Below, in pieces: positions 1 through 8,300 of a stretch of 24,000 bases of DNA. The position numbers and the translations under genes are program-made. Under the pieces are notes generated by a model. That model made no database searches. It was not told the origin of the DNA and was given only the letters and a program-made list of their open reading frames with translations. The DNA comes from Candidatus Mnemosynella biddleae (GTDB lineage Archaea > Halobacteriota > Archaeoglobi > Mnemosynellales > Mnemosynellaceae). The stretch lies in NCBI GenBank assembly GCA_002011165.2, contig MTMI02000001.1, positions 51,575-75,574 on the forward strand. Reading direction: 5' to 3'. Each line of letters starts with the position of its first letter. Positions within the stretch are counted from its first letter, which is position 1.

Positions 1-287
1 GTAGTATCGCAACAGAAATGGCTAAAGGAAAGAAGATAGAGGAGGCTTTGAAGATAAGTAAAAAAGTTGTTGCGGATGCTCTTGGAGGTTTACCACCCCA
101 GAAGATGCACTGCTCAAATCTCGCTTCAGACGCTCTGAGAATGGCGATAACAGATTATCTAAGGAAGACGAACCAAATAGAGAGGATTAAAGAGCTCGGG
201 CTTGAAAAAGAACTAAAAATTTTAGAAGGTGAGGAAACGGAAGAACATGAGGAGACCTCCGAAGTGGAGGAATTTCTGAATGATTAG
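1..287 (+). CDS. iscU: IscU/NifU-type Fe-S cluster scaffold protein, 5'-truncated by the window edge
   Basis: The frame of ORF 18..287 stays open back to the window edge. GGLPPQKMHCSNLASDALRMAITDY matches the conserved C-terminal cysteine motif (LPPxKxHCSxLAxxA) of IscU/NifU N-domain proteins. Acidic C-terminal tail; stop at 285-287. Confidence 0.75.
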   Translation, partial: SIATEMAKGKKIEEALKISKKVVADALGGLPPQKMHCSNLASDALRMAITDYLRKTNQIERIKELGLEKELKILEGEETEEHEETSEVEEFLND

Positions 288-302
288 GAGTTACTTCTAA
301 TC

Positions 303-341
303 GAATCCTGAGAGGGGATTCTCCCCACTTTTACCCTTTTT
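303..341 (+). terminator. Candidate terminator after iscU: short hairpin plus T-tracts
   Basis: Inverted repeat GAATCC(303-308)/GGATTC(316-321) is followed by TTTT (329-332) and TTTTT (337-341). Oligo-T tracts are the usual archaeal termination signal. Confidence 0.3.
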
Positions 342-378
342 ATCCTTTAATAGCTTTCATGGCATTTTATTCTGCGCT

Positions 379-745
379 TTATATCTTCCCGCATCTTTTC
401 TCCAGTTGATAAAAAATACTCGAAATTTCGAGTTCATCACCGAAGAGAACAATGTAGTTGTTGAGAACTGAGGCTTTTAACTTTTAAGAGACATAAGTTC
501 GAAAATTCTGAGATCATACAAAGGCTTGAACCGTCCTATCAGGCTCTTTTGGATGGAGAGGTTTGTGTCTTTATCTTTTCCTTGTGATTATAGCAAAATA
601 TATCTATGTCGGAGTCTTCTCCGAATTCACCGATTGCGTAGGAGCCAAAGATGACTGCTTCGTATTTCGAGAGCTCCTTCAAATCTTTCTTTGTTTCCTC
701 AAGCTTCATCAGGATTTCCTTAACCTCGTCAACTGACTCAAGCAC
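379..745 (-). pseudogene. Minimal nucleotidyltransferase (MNT, HEPN/MNT toxin-antitoxin type), truncated or frameshifted
   Basis: Only 539..745 is intact (68 aa). It carries the GS...D.D nucleotidyltransferase signature (FGSYAIGEFGEDSDIDI) and then runs into non-family sequence and a stop. Pieces that look like the rest of the domain (FKPLYDLRIFEL, VLNNYIVLFGDELEI) lie in other frames down to about 379. No HEPN partner is visible. The 3' boundary is uncertain. Confidence 0.5.
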
Positions 746-1223
746 AAGTTCGGCGTCTATTCTATTGTATCTGTGGACGAGTTAGTTTTTCAGTCCATTA
801 CACTTTTTCAGCTTTATTCAATTTTCTCTTTAGATCTTTCGAGTCTCATCTGTTGTAGCCTGAACATCAGAAATCTTATATTTTTCTCACTCTGGCTTTT
901 GAAAAGACGACTGTTACGTGGAAATAGAAGTGTGAATAGCAATTGAAGAGCTTAGAAAGATTGAAGAATGCCTTCAGGAGTAAAGTATTTTGGTAGTTGA
1001 AATGATTCATTTTTCTGGCTCTCTATTTATCTTTCAATTCATTTTCTGGGCTTATCCAAACTGAAGATATCAATCTGGGTGTTTTTACAATCAAAATGAC
1101 TGTTTTAAGCTGGGTAGAATTAGTTGTTGATCTTACAGTGCCTCAATGGATGGGGATTGTTTGCTGGAACATCACCTTCTGCTCAGCAAAGTTTTAAATT
1201 TTCTCAACACAGATAAACGCTCA

Positions 1224-1445
1224 ATGAGCACAGATATCGAGCTTTTGAGAGATATTTATGAGGAACTCAAAGTAATAAAAGAAGAGTTGAAAAGACTGAA
1301 CAGCAGGATAGAGCTTATAGAGTCGGATTAATTCAGGAAGAAGAGATTAGCGAAAATGAAATTGAAGAACTCGATAGACTTGCTGATGAGACGAGAAAAG
1401 ATGGAATTCCATGGGAGAAACTTTAAAGCTGAGCTTGATTTATGA
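1224..1445 (+). pseudogene. relB: RelB-like (archaeal aRelB-type) antitoxin with two frame disruptions
   Basis: ATG at 1224 gives MSTDIELLRDIYEELKVIKEELKRLNSRIELIESD, with a stop at 1329-1331. The sequence continues in another frame from ~1328 (LIQEEEISENEIEELDRLADETRKDGIPWEKL, stop 1424-1426) and again from 1425 (KAELDL, TGA 1443-1445). The last stop overlaps the relE ATG as ATGA. A coiled-coil N-terminus plus an acidic C-terminus is typical of archaeal RelB-like antitoxins. Confidence 0.55.
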
Positions 1446-1727
1446 GTTACGAAGTTCTTATTCATCCAAGAGTCGCAAAAGCGATTAGAGATTTGTCAAA
1501 AGCTCATAAAGTCAAACTGTCTGAATTTATAGATGCTCTTAAAGATAATCTGTTCCTTTCAGGAAATTTGATGTAAAAAAGCTTAAAGGGCAGAGAGATA
1601 GATTTAGAGTTCGCTTGGATGATTTCAGTTGACTTACGAGGTTGACAAGAAAGAAAAGCTCGTTATGCTTTTGAAGATAGAGAAAAGGGAAAGAGCGTAC
1701 AAAAATAAAGGTGGAATGCATGCTTGA
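1442..1727 (+). pseudogene. relE: RelE/ParE-family toxin (mRNA interferase) with two frameshifts
   Basis: Three consecutive frames together read like one RelE-family protein. The pieces are MSYEVLIHPRVAKAIRDLSKAHKVKLSEFIDALKDNLF.. (1442-1576, stop), KFDVKKLKGQRDRFRVRLDDFS (1564-1632, stop) and YEVDKKEKLVMLLKIEKRERAYKNK.. (1635-1727). Each junction can be explained by a single-base indel, the first in the run ttcctttc. Confidence 0.7.
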
Positions 1728-1881
1728 ATGGCTCCCCACACCTTAGGCTCTGTAGGTGGGCTGAGCGGTGTAGCCACCACTTGGTAGTATTGGAGAAGAT
1801 TTAAAAGGAAAATAAAAATAGTACCACTTGAATTACTTTTAATCTTACTAGTCTGATTTCAATCATACCATAAAAACCAAA

Positions 1882-1954
1882 GGCCGAGGCCGGGAATCGA
1901 ACCCGGATCGTGGGATCCACAGTCCCACAGGATAACCATTACCCCACCTCGGCC
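1882..1954 (-). tRNA. tRNA-His (anticodon GUG) with genome-encoded G-1, no encoded CCA
   Basis: The reverse complement reads G-GCCGAGG-TG-GGGTAATGGTTATCC-..TGGGA-CTGTGGA-TCCCA-..CCGGG-TTCGATT-CCCGG-CCTCGGC-C. It has a 7-bp acceptor stem, a T-arm with TTCGATT, and anticodon loop CTGTGGA (GTG). An extra 5' G faces C73, which is the tRNA-His hallmark. It is followed by a T5 tract on the minus strand (1872-1876). Confidence 0.9.
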
Positions 1955-1978
1955 ATTCCCCAAAGAGGTCTGCACTTT

Positions 1979-1991
1979 CAATTAATATTTC
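1979..1991 (-). promoter_or_regulatory. Candidate TATA box for tRNA-His
   Basis: The minus strand reads GAAATATTAATTG, 25-37 nt upstream of the tRNA 5' end. Spacing and AT composition fit an archaeal TATA box. Sequence alone gives no further support. Confidence 0.3.
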
Positions 1992-2147
1992 TTTCGTTGA
2001 AGAGACAGGTCACAGCATTAAGTAGCTATCCGCATGAAAATTGTAGTATTATTGTATTATTATAGTTATAGTTTAAGTTTAATATTTAATTGATTAGGAT
2101 GAGATTAGATGGTTAACTGGTAGGGCAGATGTGGAGAGAGGAGATTA

Positions 2148-3334
2148 ATGTCTAAACCTTACAAGAAGTACATCTTCAACAGATCGGAATTTGCTGGCTC
2201 TCTCGGTGATTTAGGAACTCTGCTCCCTTTGGCCAATAGGCATGATTGTAATAAACGGATTGATCCTACAGGCCTCTTCTTTGTCGTTGGAGTGTTTTAC
2301 ATTCTTTCTGGAGTTTATTACGGTGTTACTGTACCAGTACGGCCAATGAAGGTTATTGGAGCGTATTCGATGGCCATGGGGCTCAATGCAGATGTCATCA
2401 CATCTTCAGCACTTATCATGGGGATTTTCATGCTGTTTATTGGAGTAACAGGAGCTGTTCGCATCATAGGTGAGTATACATCTGTATCAGTAGTCAGAGG
2501 AATTCAGCTTAGTGTGGACGTGCTTTTAATGGTACAGGGCATCAAATTTATGCTTGGTACAAGCACATTTCAGGCATATTTATCTGAGCCGCATTTAGCC
2601 ATCCAATCCATTGGCCCAGTACCCATAAGCGTGGTTTTGGGTGTTATTTTTGCCGTTATAACGTTCCTACTCATTGAAAATAAAAGAGTGCCTGGGTGCA
2701 CTTGTAGTAGTTATAGGTGGAATGCTGGTGGGAACATGAAGGACTCGAAAATATAAAAATCCTCCACCTTCCACGCCTTTTACCTTTTCGGAATGCCGAG
2801 GATGGATGATTTGTCTGTTGCTTTGATGACTCTTGTGCTACCTCAGATTCCGACAACTGTGGGAAATGCAGTTATTGCTAACGCAGAGCTAGCTAAGAAA
2901 TATTTTGGTGAGAATGCTAAAAAAGTGCAGTTATAGAGCTTTAGCAAATTCCATTGGACTTGCGAACCTAGCATCATTCATTTTTGGTGGCATTCCTTTA
3001 TGTCGTGGTGCTGGGGGCTTGACAGCACATTATAGATCTGGAGCAAGAACCGCAGGTTTAGACATTATGATAGGGCTTATCTTCTTAACGCTATCTATCT
3101 GTTGGGGAAAGCGTTTTGGCTATACTTAATCTTCTGCCTTACTCAGTTCTCGGCGTCTTGCTTGTATTTGCTGGAAGTGAACTTGCACTCATGATCAAAG
3201 ATATAAAAGAGAGAACAAACTTGTTTGTGATACTCCTTATGCTGGGGATAACAATTGCAACAAACTTGGCTGTGGTTTTTATCGTGGGAATAGCAGTGGC
3301 ATATGCCTCTAAAACATGTAAATTGAAAGTGTAA
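2148..3334 (+). pseudogene. MOT1/SulP-like (putative sulfate/molybdate) transporter, multiply frameshifted
   Basis: Family-like segments are spread over all three frames. They include FAGSLGDLGTLLPLA..IDPTGLFFVVGVFYILSGVYYGVTVPV.PMKVIGA (2148-), LGALVVVIGGMLVG (~2692-2736), HLPRLLPF / GMPRMDDLSVALMTLVLPQIPTTVGNAVIA (~2760-2935), SYRALANSIGLANLASFIFGGIPLCRGAGGLTAHYRSGARTAG (2905-3129) and LLPYSVLGVLLVFAGSELAL (3116-3334). There are in-frame stops at 2754, 2935 and 3127. About seven frame changes are needed to rebuild one protein. Confidence 0.7.
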
Positions 3335-3604
3335 AAGCGAGATTCTAAGATTAGATCCATCTTTTCACAACAAAATATTGTGGCTTTATGAATTTTGTTA
3401 TTTTGAGTATCTTCGTATACCGTGTAACTAAATTCCAAAGAGATATTACTTGAAGCGGTATCGAGCTCCATTTAAACAAGAAACTAAAGCGCATTTTCTA
3501 AATTTTCTTTCCTTCTCTCGGCCATTACTATTCTTCATTAATTTTGCAGAAAAATATTTATAACTATTATCATTAAAAATCTTGGTGAGGAGGTGAACTT
3601 ATTA

Positions 3605-5275
3605 ATGGCAGAATATAAAGACGAGGACGTTTTTGCGCCGGATGAAGAGGGACGAAAGTACTTGGGTTCAGTCTACATAGAGAGTGACTACGATGCGCTT
3701 CCAGTGGCCCCTGACGACAATAGATATCCAAAGAGGGGTTATTACAAGGACCTTGGCTATAAGCTCATTGAGATTCCAAGAGCTCCTAAGCTCAGACACG
3801 TTATAGGGCCTTCTGCTATAGGAGCTGGAATGTCACTTGGTTCTGGAGAGACTCTGTTCTGGCCTAATATCACAGCTGCTTCTGGAGGATATCTCTTCTG
3901 GATGTTCTGGCTCGGAGTTCTCACTCAGTGGGTCATTGATATGGAGATTGAGAGACCAGCTGCTGTGACTGGAGAAGGCTGGCCGAGAACATTCGCAAGA
4001 GTTCATCCAGGATTGGCTGCACTGTTCATGATAATGGGATTCTTCCAGTGGGTTTGGCCTGGCTGGGCATCTGGAGCAGGAAAGATGGCAGCTTACGTAG
4101 CTGGTCTTGACCCAGCAACCAACTGGCAGTGGGTCGCTGCAATTCTGATGGTCATAATCTTCTTGATAGAGATGGGCGGCCCGATTATCTACAACGCAGT
4201 CGAAAAAGCAGAGCTAATAATGGTCGTAGTGATAATGCTGGTGTTCCTGATTGCGTTAGCAATTTCCGGTGCAGGCGGAACTTATGTTGAGATGTGGGGT
4301 GCATCGTTCGCTGGTTTCGGTAGAATGGATCCAAGAATTGATCTGATGACTCTCTTAGGAGGTCTGGCCTACGCAGGTAACGGAGGAGTAGGAAATCTGA
4401 TGCAGGCAATTTGGATCAAAGAGAAAGGATTTGCAATGGGAGCATATCAGGGAAGAATTGAAAATCCTGTGCGAGTAAAAGAAGAAGAAATGGAGCCACT
4501 CTATCCAGCTGGTTTCGTGTTTGATGTGGATGATGAGCTTCAGATGGCAAGATGGAACGCATGGTGGAATGTTATTAACTGGGAGCACTTCATAACCTTC
4601 GTGATTCCATTAATCTTCGCAACTTCAATTACATCTGCTGTTGCTATCCACTATGCACATGGAACTCAGCTCGGCGCAATAGACATGTGGCTCAAGGAGA
4701 TCTTCCCGAAGGTTGGTACAGGACTCGCAGATGCACTTGCGGTTGGTATCTTCTTCGCACTGTTCACGACTCAAGCGGCTATCGTGGACTCCTTCCCAAG
4801 ATTCATGTCAGAAGCAATCTATGACCTCTGGCTTAGAGATAATCCGAAGTGGAATATCAGCAAACTGTTCTTCATACTGCTAGTCATCTTCGTCATCTGG
4901 GGTATAGCCATAATTCTCTCAGGTATAAGACAGCCATGGCTACTCCTCGTGCTTGGTGCAGGTATCGCAGGAATCATCATGTGGTTCTACAACCTGTTCT
5001 ACACATGGTACAACACTGCAAGACTCCCGAGCTACTTCCAGCCGAACTGGGGCAGAATACTGGCAATGTGGTGGGCCATTCTGTTCTTCGGATACTTCTC
5101 CATACTGACACTCGGTAACAAGTTCGGACTCCCGAGAGAAGTGGCATATGAGTTCCCACCGAGCCATCCAGTGATGGTTACGCTCTGGGCAATCTACATA
5201 CTCTCGTTCATCTATGTCGCAGCGCTCTCAGTGAAATACAAGCTAAATCCAATTGACAAGCAGGCGAAGCAGTGA
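3605..5275 (+). CDS. Multi-pass membrane protein, Nramp-like / APC-superfamily-like transporter of unknown substrate
   Basis: This is a long intact ORF. The ATG at 3605 lies 8 nt after GGTGAGGAGGTGA, whereas the track start (GTG 3593) sits inside the SD. A hydrophilic N-terminus of ~60 aa is followed by many hydrophobic segments. GPSAIGAGMSLGSGE...GGYLFWMFWLGVLTQWVIDMEIERPAAVTGEG aligns by eye with the Nramp TM1-TM2 region (GPG...DPGN...GY.LLW....Q.L.ARLG..TG). Coding status is confident; family and substrate are tentative. Confidence 0.7.
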   Translation: MAEYKDEDVFAPDEEGRKYLGSVYIESDYDALPVAPDDNRYPKRGYYKDLGYKLIEIPRAPKLRHVIGPSAIGAGMSLGSGETLFWPNITAASGGYLFWMFWLGVLTQWVIDMEIERPAAVTGEGWPRTFARVHPGLAALFMIMGFFQWVWPGWASGAGKMAAYVAGLDPATNWQWVAAILMVIIFLIEMGGPIIYNAVEKAELIMVVVIMLVFLIALAISGAGGTYVEMWGASFAGFGRMDPRIDLMTLLGGLAYAGNGGVGNLMQAIWIKEKGFAMGAYQGRIENPVRVKEEEMEPLYPAGFVFDVDDELQMARWNAWWNVINWEHFITFVIPLIFATSITSAVAIHYAHGTQLGAIDMWLKEIFPKVGTGLADALAVGIFFALFTTQAAIVDSFPRFMSEAIYDLWLRDNPKWNISKLFFILLVIFVIWGIAIILSGIRQPWLLLVLGAGIAGIIMWFYNLFYTWYNTARLPSYFQPNWGRILAMWWAILFFGYFSILTLGNKFGLPREVAYEFPPSHPVMVTLWAIYILSFIYVAALSVKYKLNPIDKQAKQ

Positions 5276-5300
5276 GGTAGAATCCTTTAGCCTCTCCCTA

Positions 5301-5313
5301 TTTTTTAATTTTT
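5301..5313 (+). terminator. T-tract terminator candidate after the Nramp-like gene
   Basis: TTTTTTAATTTTT lies 26 nt after the stop at 5273-5275 and abuts the reverse gyrase stop codon on the other strand. Confidence 0.4.
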
Positions 5314-8300
5314 CATTCTTCTGCTTTTAAGCCTTTGAGTTCTTCGAAATATTCCTTTAACTTTTCGTAAAGCTCCCGAAGAACCTCCTGATAATCTAAA
5401 ATTCCCTCCTCAATTAAGTCCATTTGTTTTTCAAGTTCTCTGGTATATTCCTCACGAACAAAAGAATAAAGCTTTTCATTTCTCTTTATTACTTCAAGAA
5501 CTCTGAAAGCAAGTTTCGTTGCAAATAAATAATTGTTTCTCTCCACCACATACCCTCTCTCAAGAAGCTTCTCCATGACAACTGCGTAGGTGCTTGGTCT
5601 TCCTATCCCTTTTTCCCTCATCTCTTCTATGATCTCCGCATAAGTATACGGCTTTACTTTACTTCTTCTGAAAACCTTTACGTCACTTATCTCAGAGCTC
5701 TCGGGAATTCTCTGCACCTTCAGCTCGATTATTCTGTTGCATCCCTCTTCGAGAATTTTTGTTAGATAACTCGCCCTCTTTTCCAGAATTACCTCTCCTC
5801 TCTCGTCCACAACCCCAACTCTGAAGTCCCTTATTTCTACTCTTGCCTCCTTCATCTGGCTTGCCATGAAGATTCGAAAGATAAGAGAGTAGAGAAGGAT
5901 TTCTTCTTTCTTTAACCCCAGTTCATTCTTCACATTCAAAATTCTGAGTTCCTCTGGGGTGATATTTCTCGTAGGCCTTATACATTCGTGAGCTCCTTCT
6001 TTGGAGAAACTTCTCGGAGAGAAGAACTTCTCACCAAAATTTTCAACGATGAATTCCTTTGCAACATTCATTCCGGCTTCAGAGACCCTTATACTATCAG
6101 TTCTGTGATAAGTTATAAGACCCTTCTCGAAGAGATTTTGCGCATATTCCATTGTTCTCTGGGGTGAAAATCCAAAATGGATTGACGCCTCTCGTATCAT
6201 TTGACTGGTAGATAGAGGAGCTACTATGAAACTTTCTTCCCTCTTCGAGAGCTCCTCAAAAACAATCTTCTTTGCTTTCTTCAGTTCGACTCTTCTATCT
6301 ACCTCAAAATCCTCGAATCCTCCATTGAAGAAAATTCTCGCAATCGAGATTTTCTCTCTGCATTCAAGTGTCCTTCTCACAATCCACTCAAGAACTGGCG
6401 TCTGCACTCTTCCCGCTGAGAGATTCCTATTATTCAGCTTTCTTTGGAGATACTGACTTATGATGAATCCTATCCACCTATCAGCAATCCTTCTGACTAT
6501 CTGAGCCTTAACCAAATTTTCGCTAATATCTCTTGGACTCTTCAGAGCCTTTCTTATTGCTCTTTTAGTAACTTCGTGAAATTCCATTCTCTTGAGCCTT
6601 TCATTGAAAGGTCTTAAACTTAAATAGACGTCAAAACTGATCTTCTCTCCTTCGGTATCTGGATCGGTCGCAAGATAAACTGTTAGCGCCTCTAAAGATA
6701 TATCTCTGAGAGCTTCCAGGATGCCTTTTCTTCCCTCATCTATGGGCTCGTAAATCGGAATGAAAAGATTATTTTCCCTTCTCACCCCAAAATATTCAAT
6801 GAGCTTGTTCAGATCCAGTAGATGACCTTTGGTATAGACAATGTTCACCAATAGGTCATCCATTACAGTTTCGTAAGCAGTAAGATCTCCGATTTTCCTT
6901 TGAAATGGCCTCCCAAAGAAGTTTGCTATCGTTCTCGCCTTATTCGGACTTTCAACCACAATAATTGCAGTTTTTATGAAATCTGCTCTTTCTGCTTTTT
7001 CCTTCATCTTTCTTCTATCTTCATCAACTTTTTCAAGTATTTCCTCGATGTTGACTTCATCTATTCTTCTGAACTCAACATCTTCGAAGTAATATCTCAT
7101 TTTCTTCTTCAAGGAATTAAGAGCTTTCTGATCGTCCACAAGAATGTATGCAAGTCCTTTGGAGAGGCCTCCACGATAGAATCTTGAAGTTCTCCCAGAA
7201 GCTTGAATATAGCCTGTTACGTCTGCTGTGATGATTCTAAGTTCCTCTCCCTTCCACTTTAGTGAGATTTCATCTGATCTGATGATCTCGTTCCTTACAT
7301 CTTCTCTGAAGAGTATACTTCTTACTTTCCCAGAAATCTCGCTTAATCTCTCGAATATTTTCTTTTCCTGTGGACTTAATCGCTCTTTCTCTTTCAACAT
7401 ATGAATTCTGTTGAGATTTCTTTGAAGAAATTCAAAATCATTCTGAAGCTTCAGAAGTTCCTTTTCAGGCAACAAGCCCTTTTTCTGAAGCACTGGAATA
7501 AGAATCATTAGAAGGAGATAAATTTCAGGACTTATTTCCTCAACATCGACTCTGAATTCCATTTTTGGGACTCCAACAAAGAGTGCATATCTTACATACT
7601 GTGGAAGATCTACTCCTCTAGCCAAAGGATTTCTGTAGCTCGCAAATCCAACTGGATAAGCATCTCCTCTTTTAAACTCTTCGATTCTCTCATCAAGCTC
7701 GTAATAGGGAAAAGCTCTAACGCCATACTCATTCAGAAATTTCACATACTCTTCGAGCTCTTCTATGGTGGAATTCGAACTGAGGAATATGAGGCCTCCA
7801 GAGCCAAGAGAAGGGATTAGGCTTGCACTCCTTTCCCAGAGCTTTCTTTTATCTTCTGAAGAGATTTCGTAAATATCAGAGACGTTTCTTAAATTCAAAA
7901 CTGGTTGTCCAACTTGAAAATCGAGTAGCTCTCTAAAGAGTTTAACTCTTTTGCTTTTTGGTCTGCTTGTCGCTGTACTGACTATAAGCCTGCTTTTTAT
8001 TCTCTTTTTCTTTTCCTCAATTTCTCTCTCATATTCTTCAATCCTCTCAGCAATACTCTGTTGCTCTCTTTCTGATGCTCTGACTCGAAGCTCTCGAAGT
8101 CTTAGAAGCTCATAAGCCTTTTCTATTATCCCCTCATCGAAACCTAAAAGCACAAGAACGTCATCAATTCTTTTCGAGGATTTTATTATGCTGTCCACAT
8201 CATCTATGAAAATCAGCTTGAAATCATTCCCACGTATCACCTCAAGATTCTTGTATAGAAACATCGTAGTTGTTAGAAGGATTCTGAAATCTCCCTGAGA

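Noticed and set aside
297-321. AATCGAATCC resembles the T-arm portion of the tRNA-His gene (GGGAATCGAACCC), so it could be an att-site duplicate. The repeated ACCACTTG (about 1768 and 1822) and GTAGTATT (about 1785 and 2043) flanking the tRNA were considered for the same reason.
   Set aside because: The matches are only 7-9 nt, within chance expectation. None reproduces a contiguous tRNA segment of the length (>15-20 nt) typical of integrase att sites, and no integrase gene is present.
1146-1223. N-terminal 26 codons of track ORF 1146..1331 (MDGDCLLEHHLLLSKVLNFLNTDKRS).
   Set aside because: This part contains the TATA-like TTTTAAATTTT and has no similarity to antitoxin N-termini. The internal ATG at 1224 begins the coiled-coil region typical of the family.
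1745-1800. Imperfect hairpin GGTGGGCT...AGCCACC with a GAGCGGT loop, which superficially resembles a tRNA D-arm and could be a tRNA fragment or small RNA.
   Set aside because: I could not fold the surrounding sequence into an acceptor stem, an anticodon arm with U33, or a T-arm. The stem has a bulge and there is no supporting promoter or terminator.
2041-2100. AT-rich low-complexity stretch with short tandem repeats (TTGTAGTATTA/TTGTATTATTA, ATAGTT x2, GATTAG x2) between tRNA-His and the transporter pseudogene.
   Set aside because: The repeat units are 6-11 nt and imperfect, with only two copies each and no spacer-repeat periodicity. This is most simply promoter or spacer DNA, not a CRISPR array or a DNA-unwinding element tied to an initiator gene.
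2131-2144. The 14-mer GTGGAGAGAGGAGA occurs at 2131-2144 and again at ~17379-17392, with a related GGGAGAGAGGAGAATTAAT at ~19690-19708.
   Set aside because: By a rough estimate, about one exact 14-mer repeat is expected by chance in a 24-kb window when both strands are considered. The sequence is a purine-rich SD-like tract sitting just before candidate start codons. The third copy is merely the reverse strand of the hppA-cdc6 spacer. There is no evidence of a mobile or structured element.
3139-3471. 110-aa minus-strand ORF spanning the transporter 3' end and the following spacer.
   Set aside because: Two thirds of it is antisense to clearly transporter-like coding sequence. I see no SD and no motif, so it is probably a chance ORF in AT-rich DNA.
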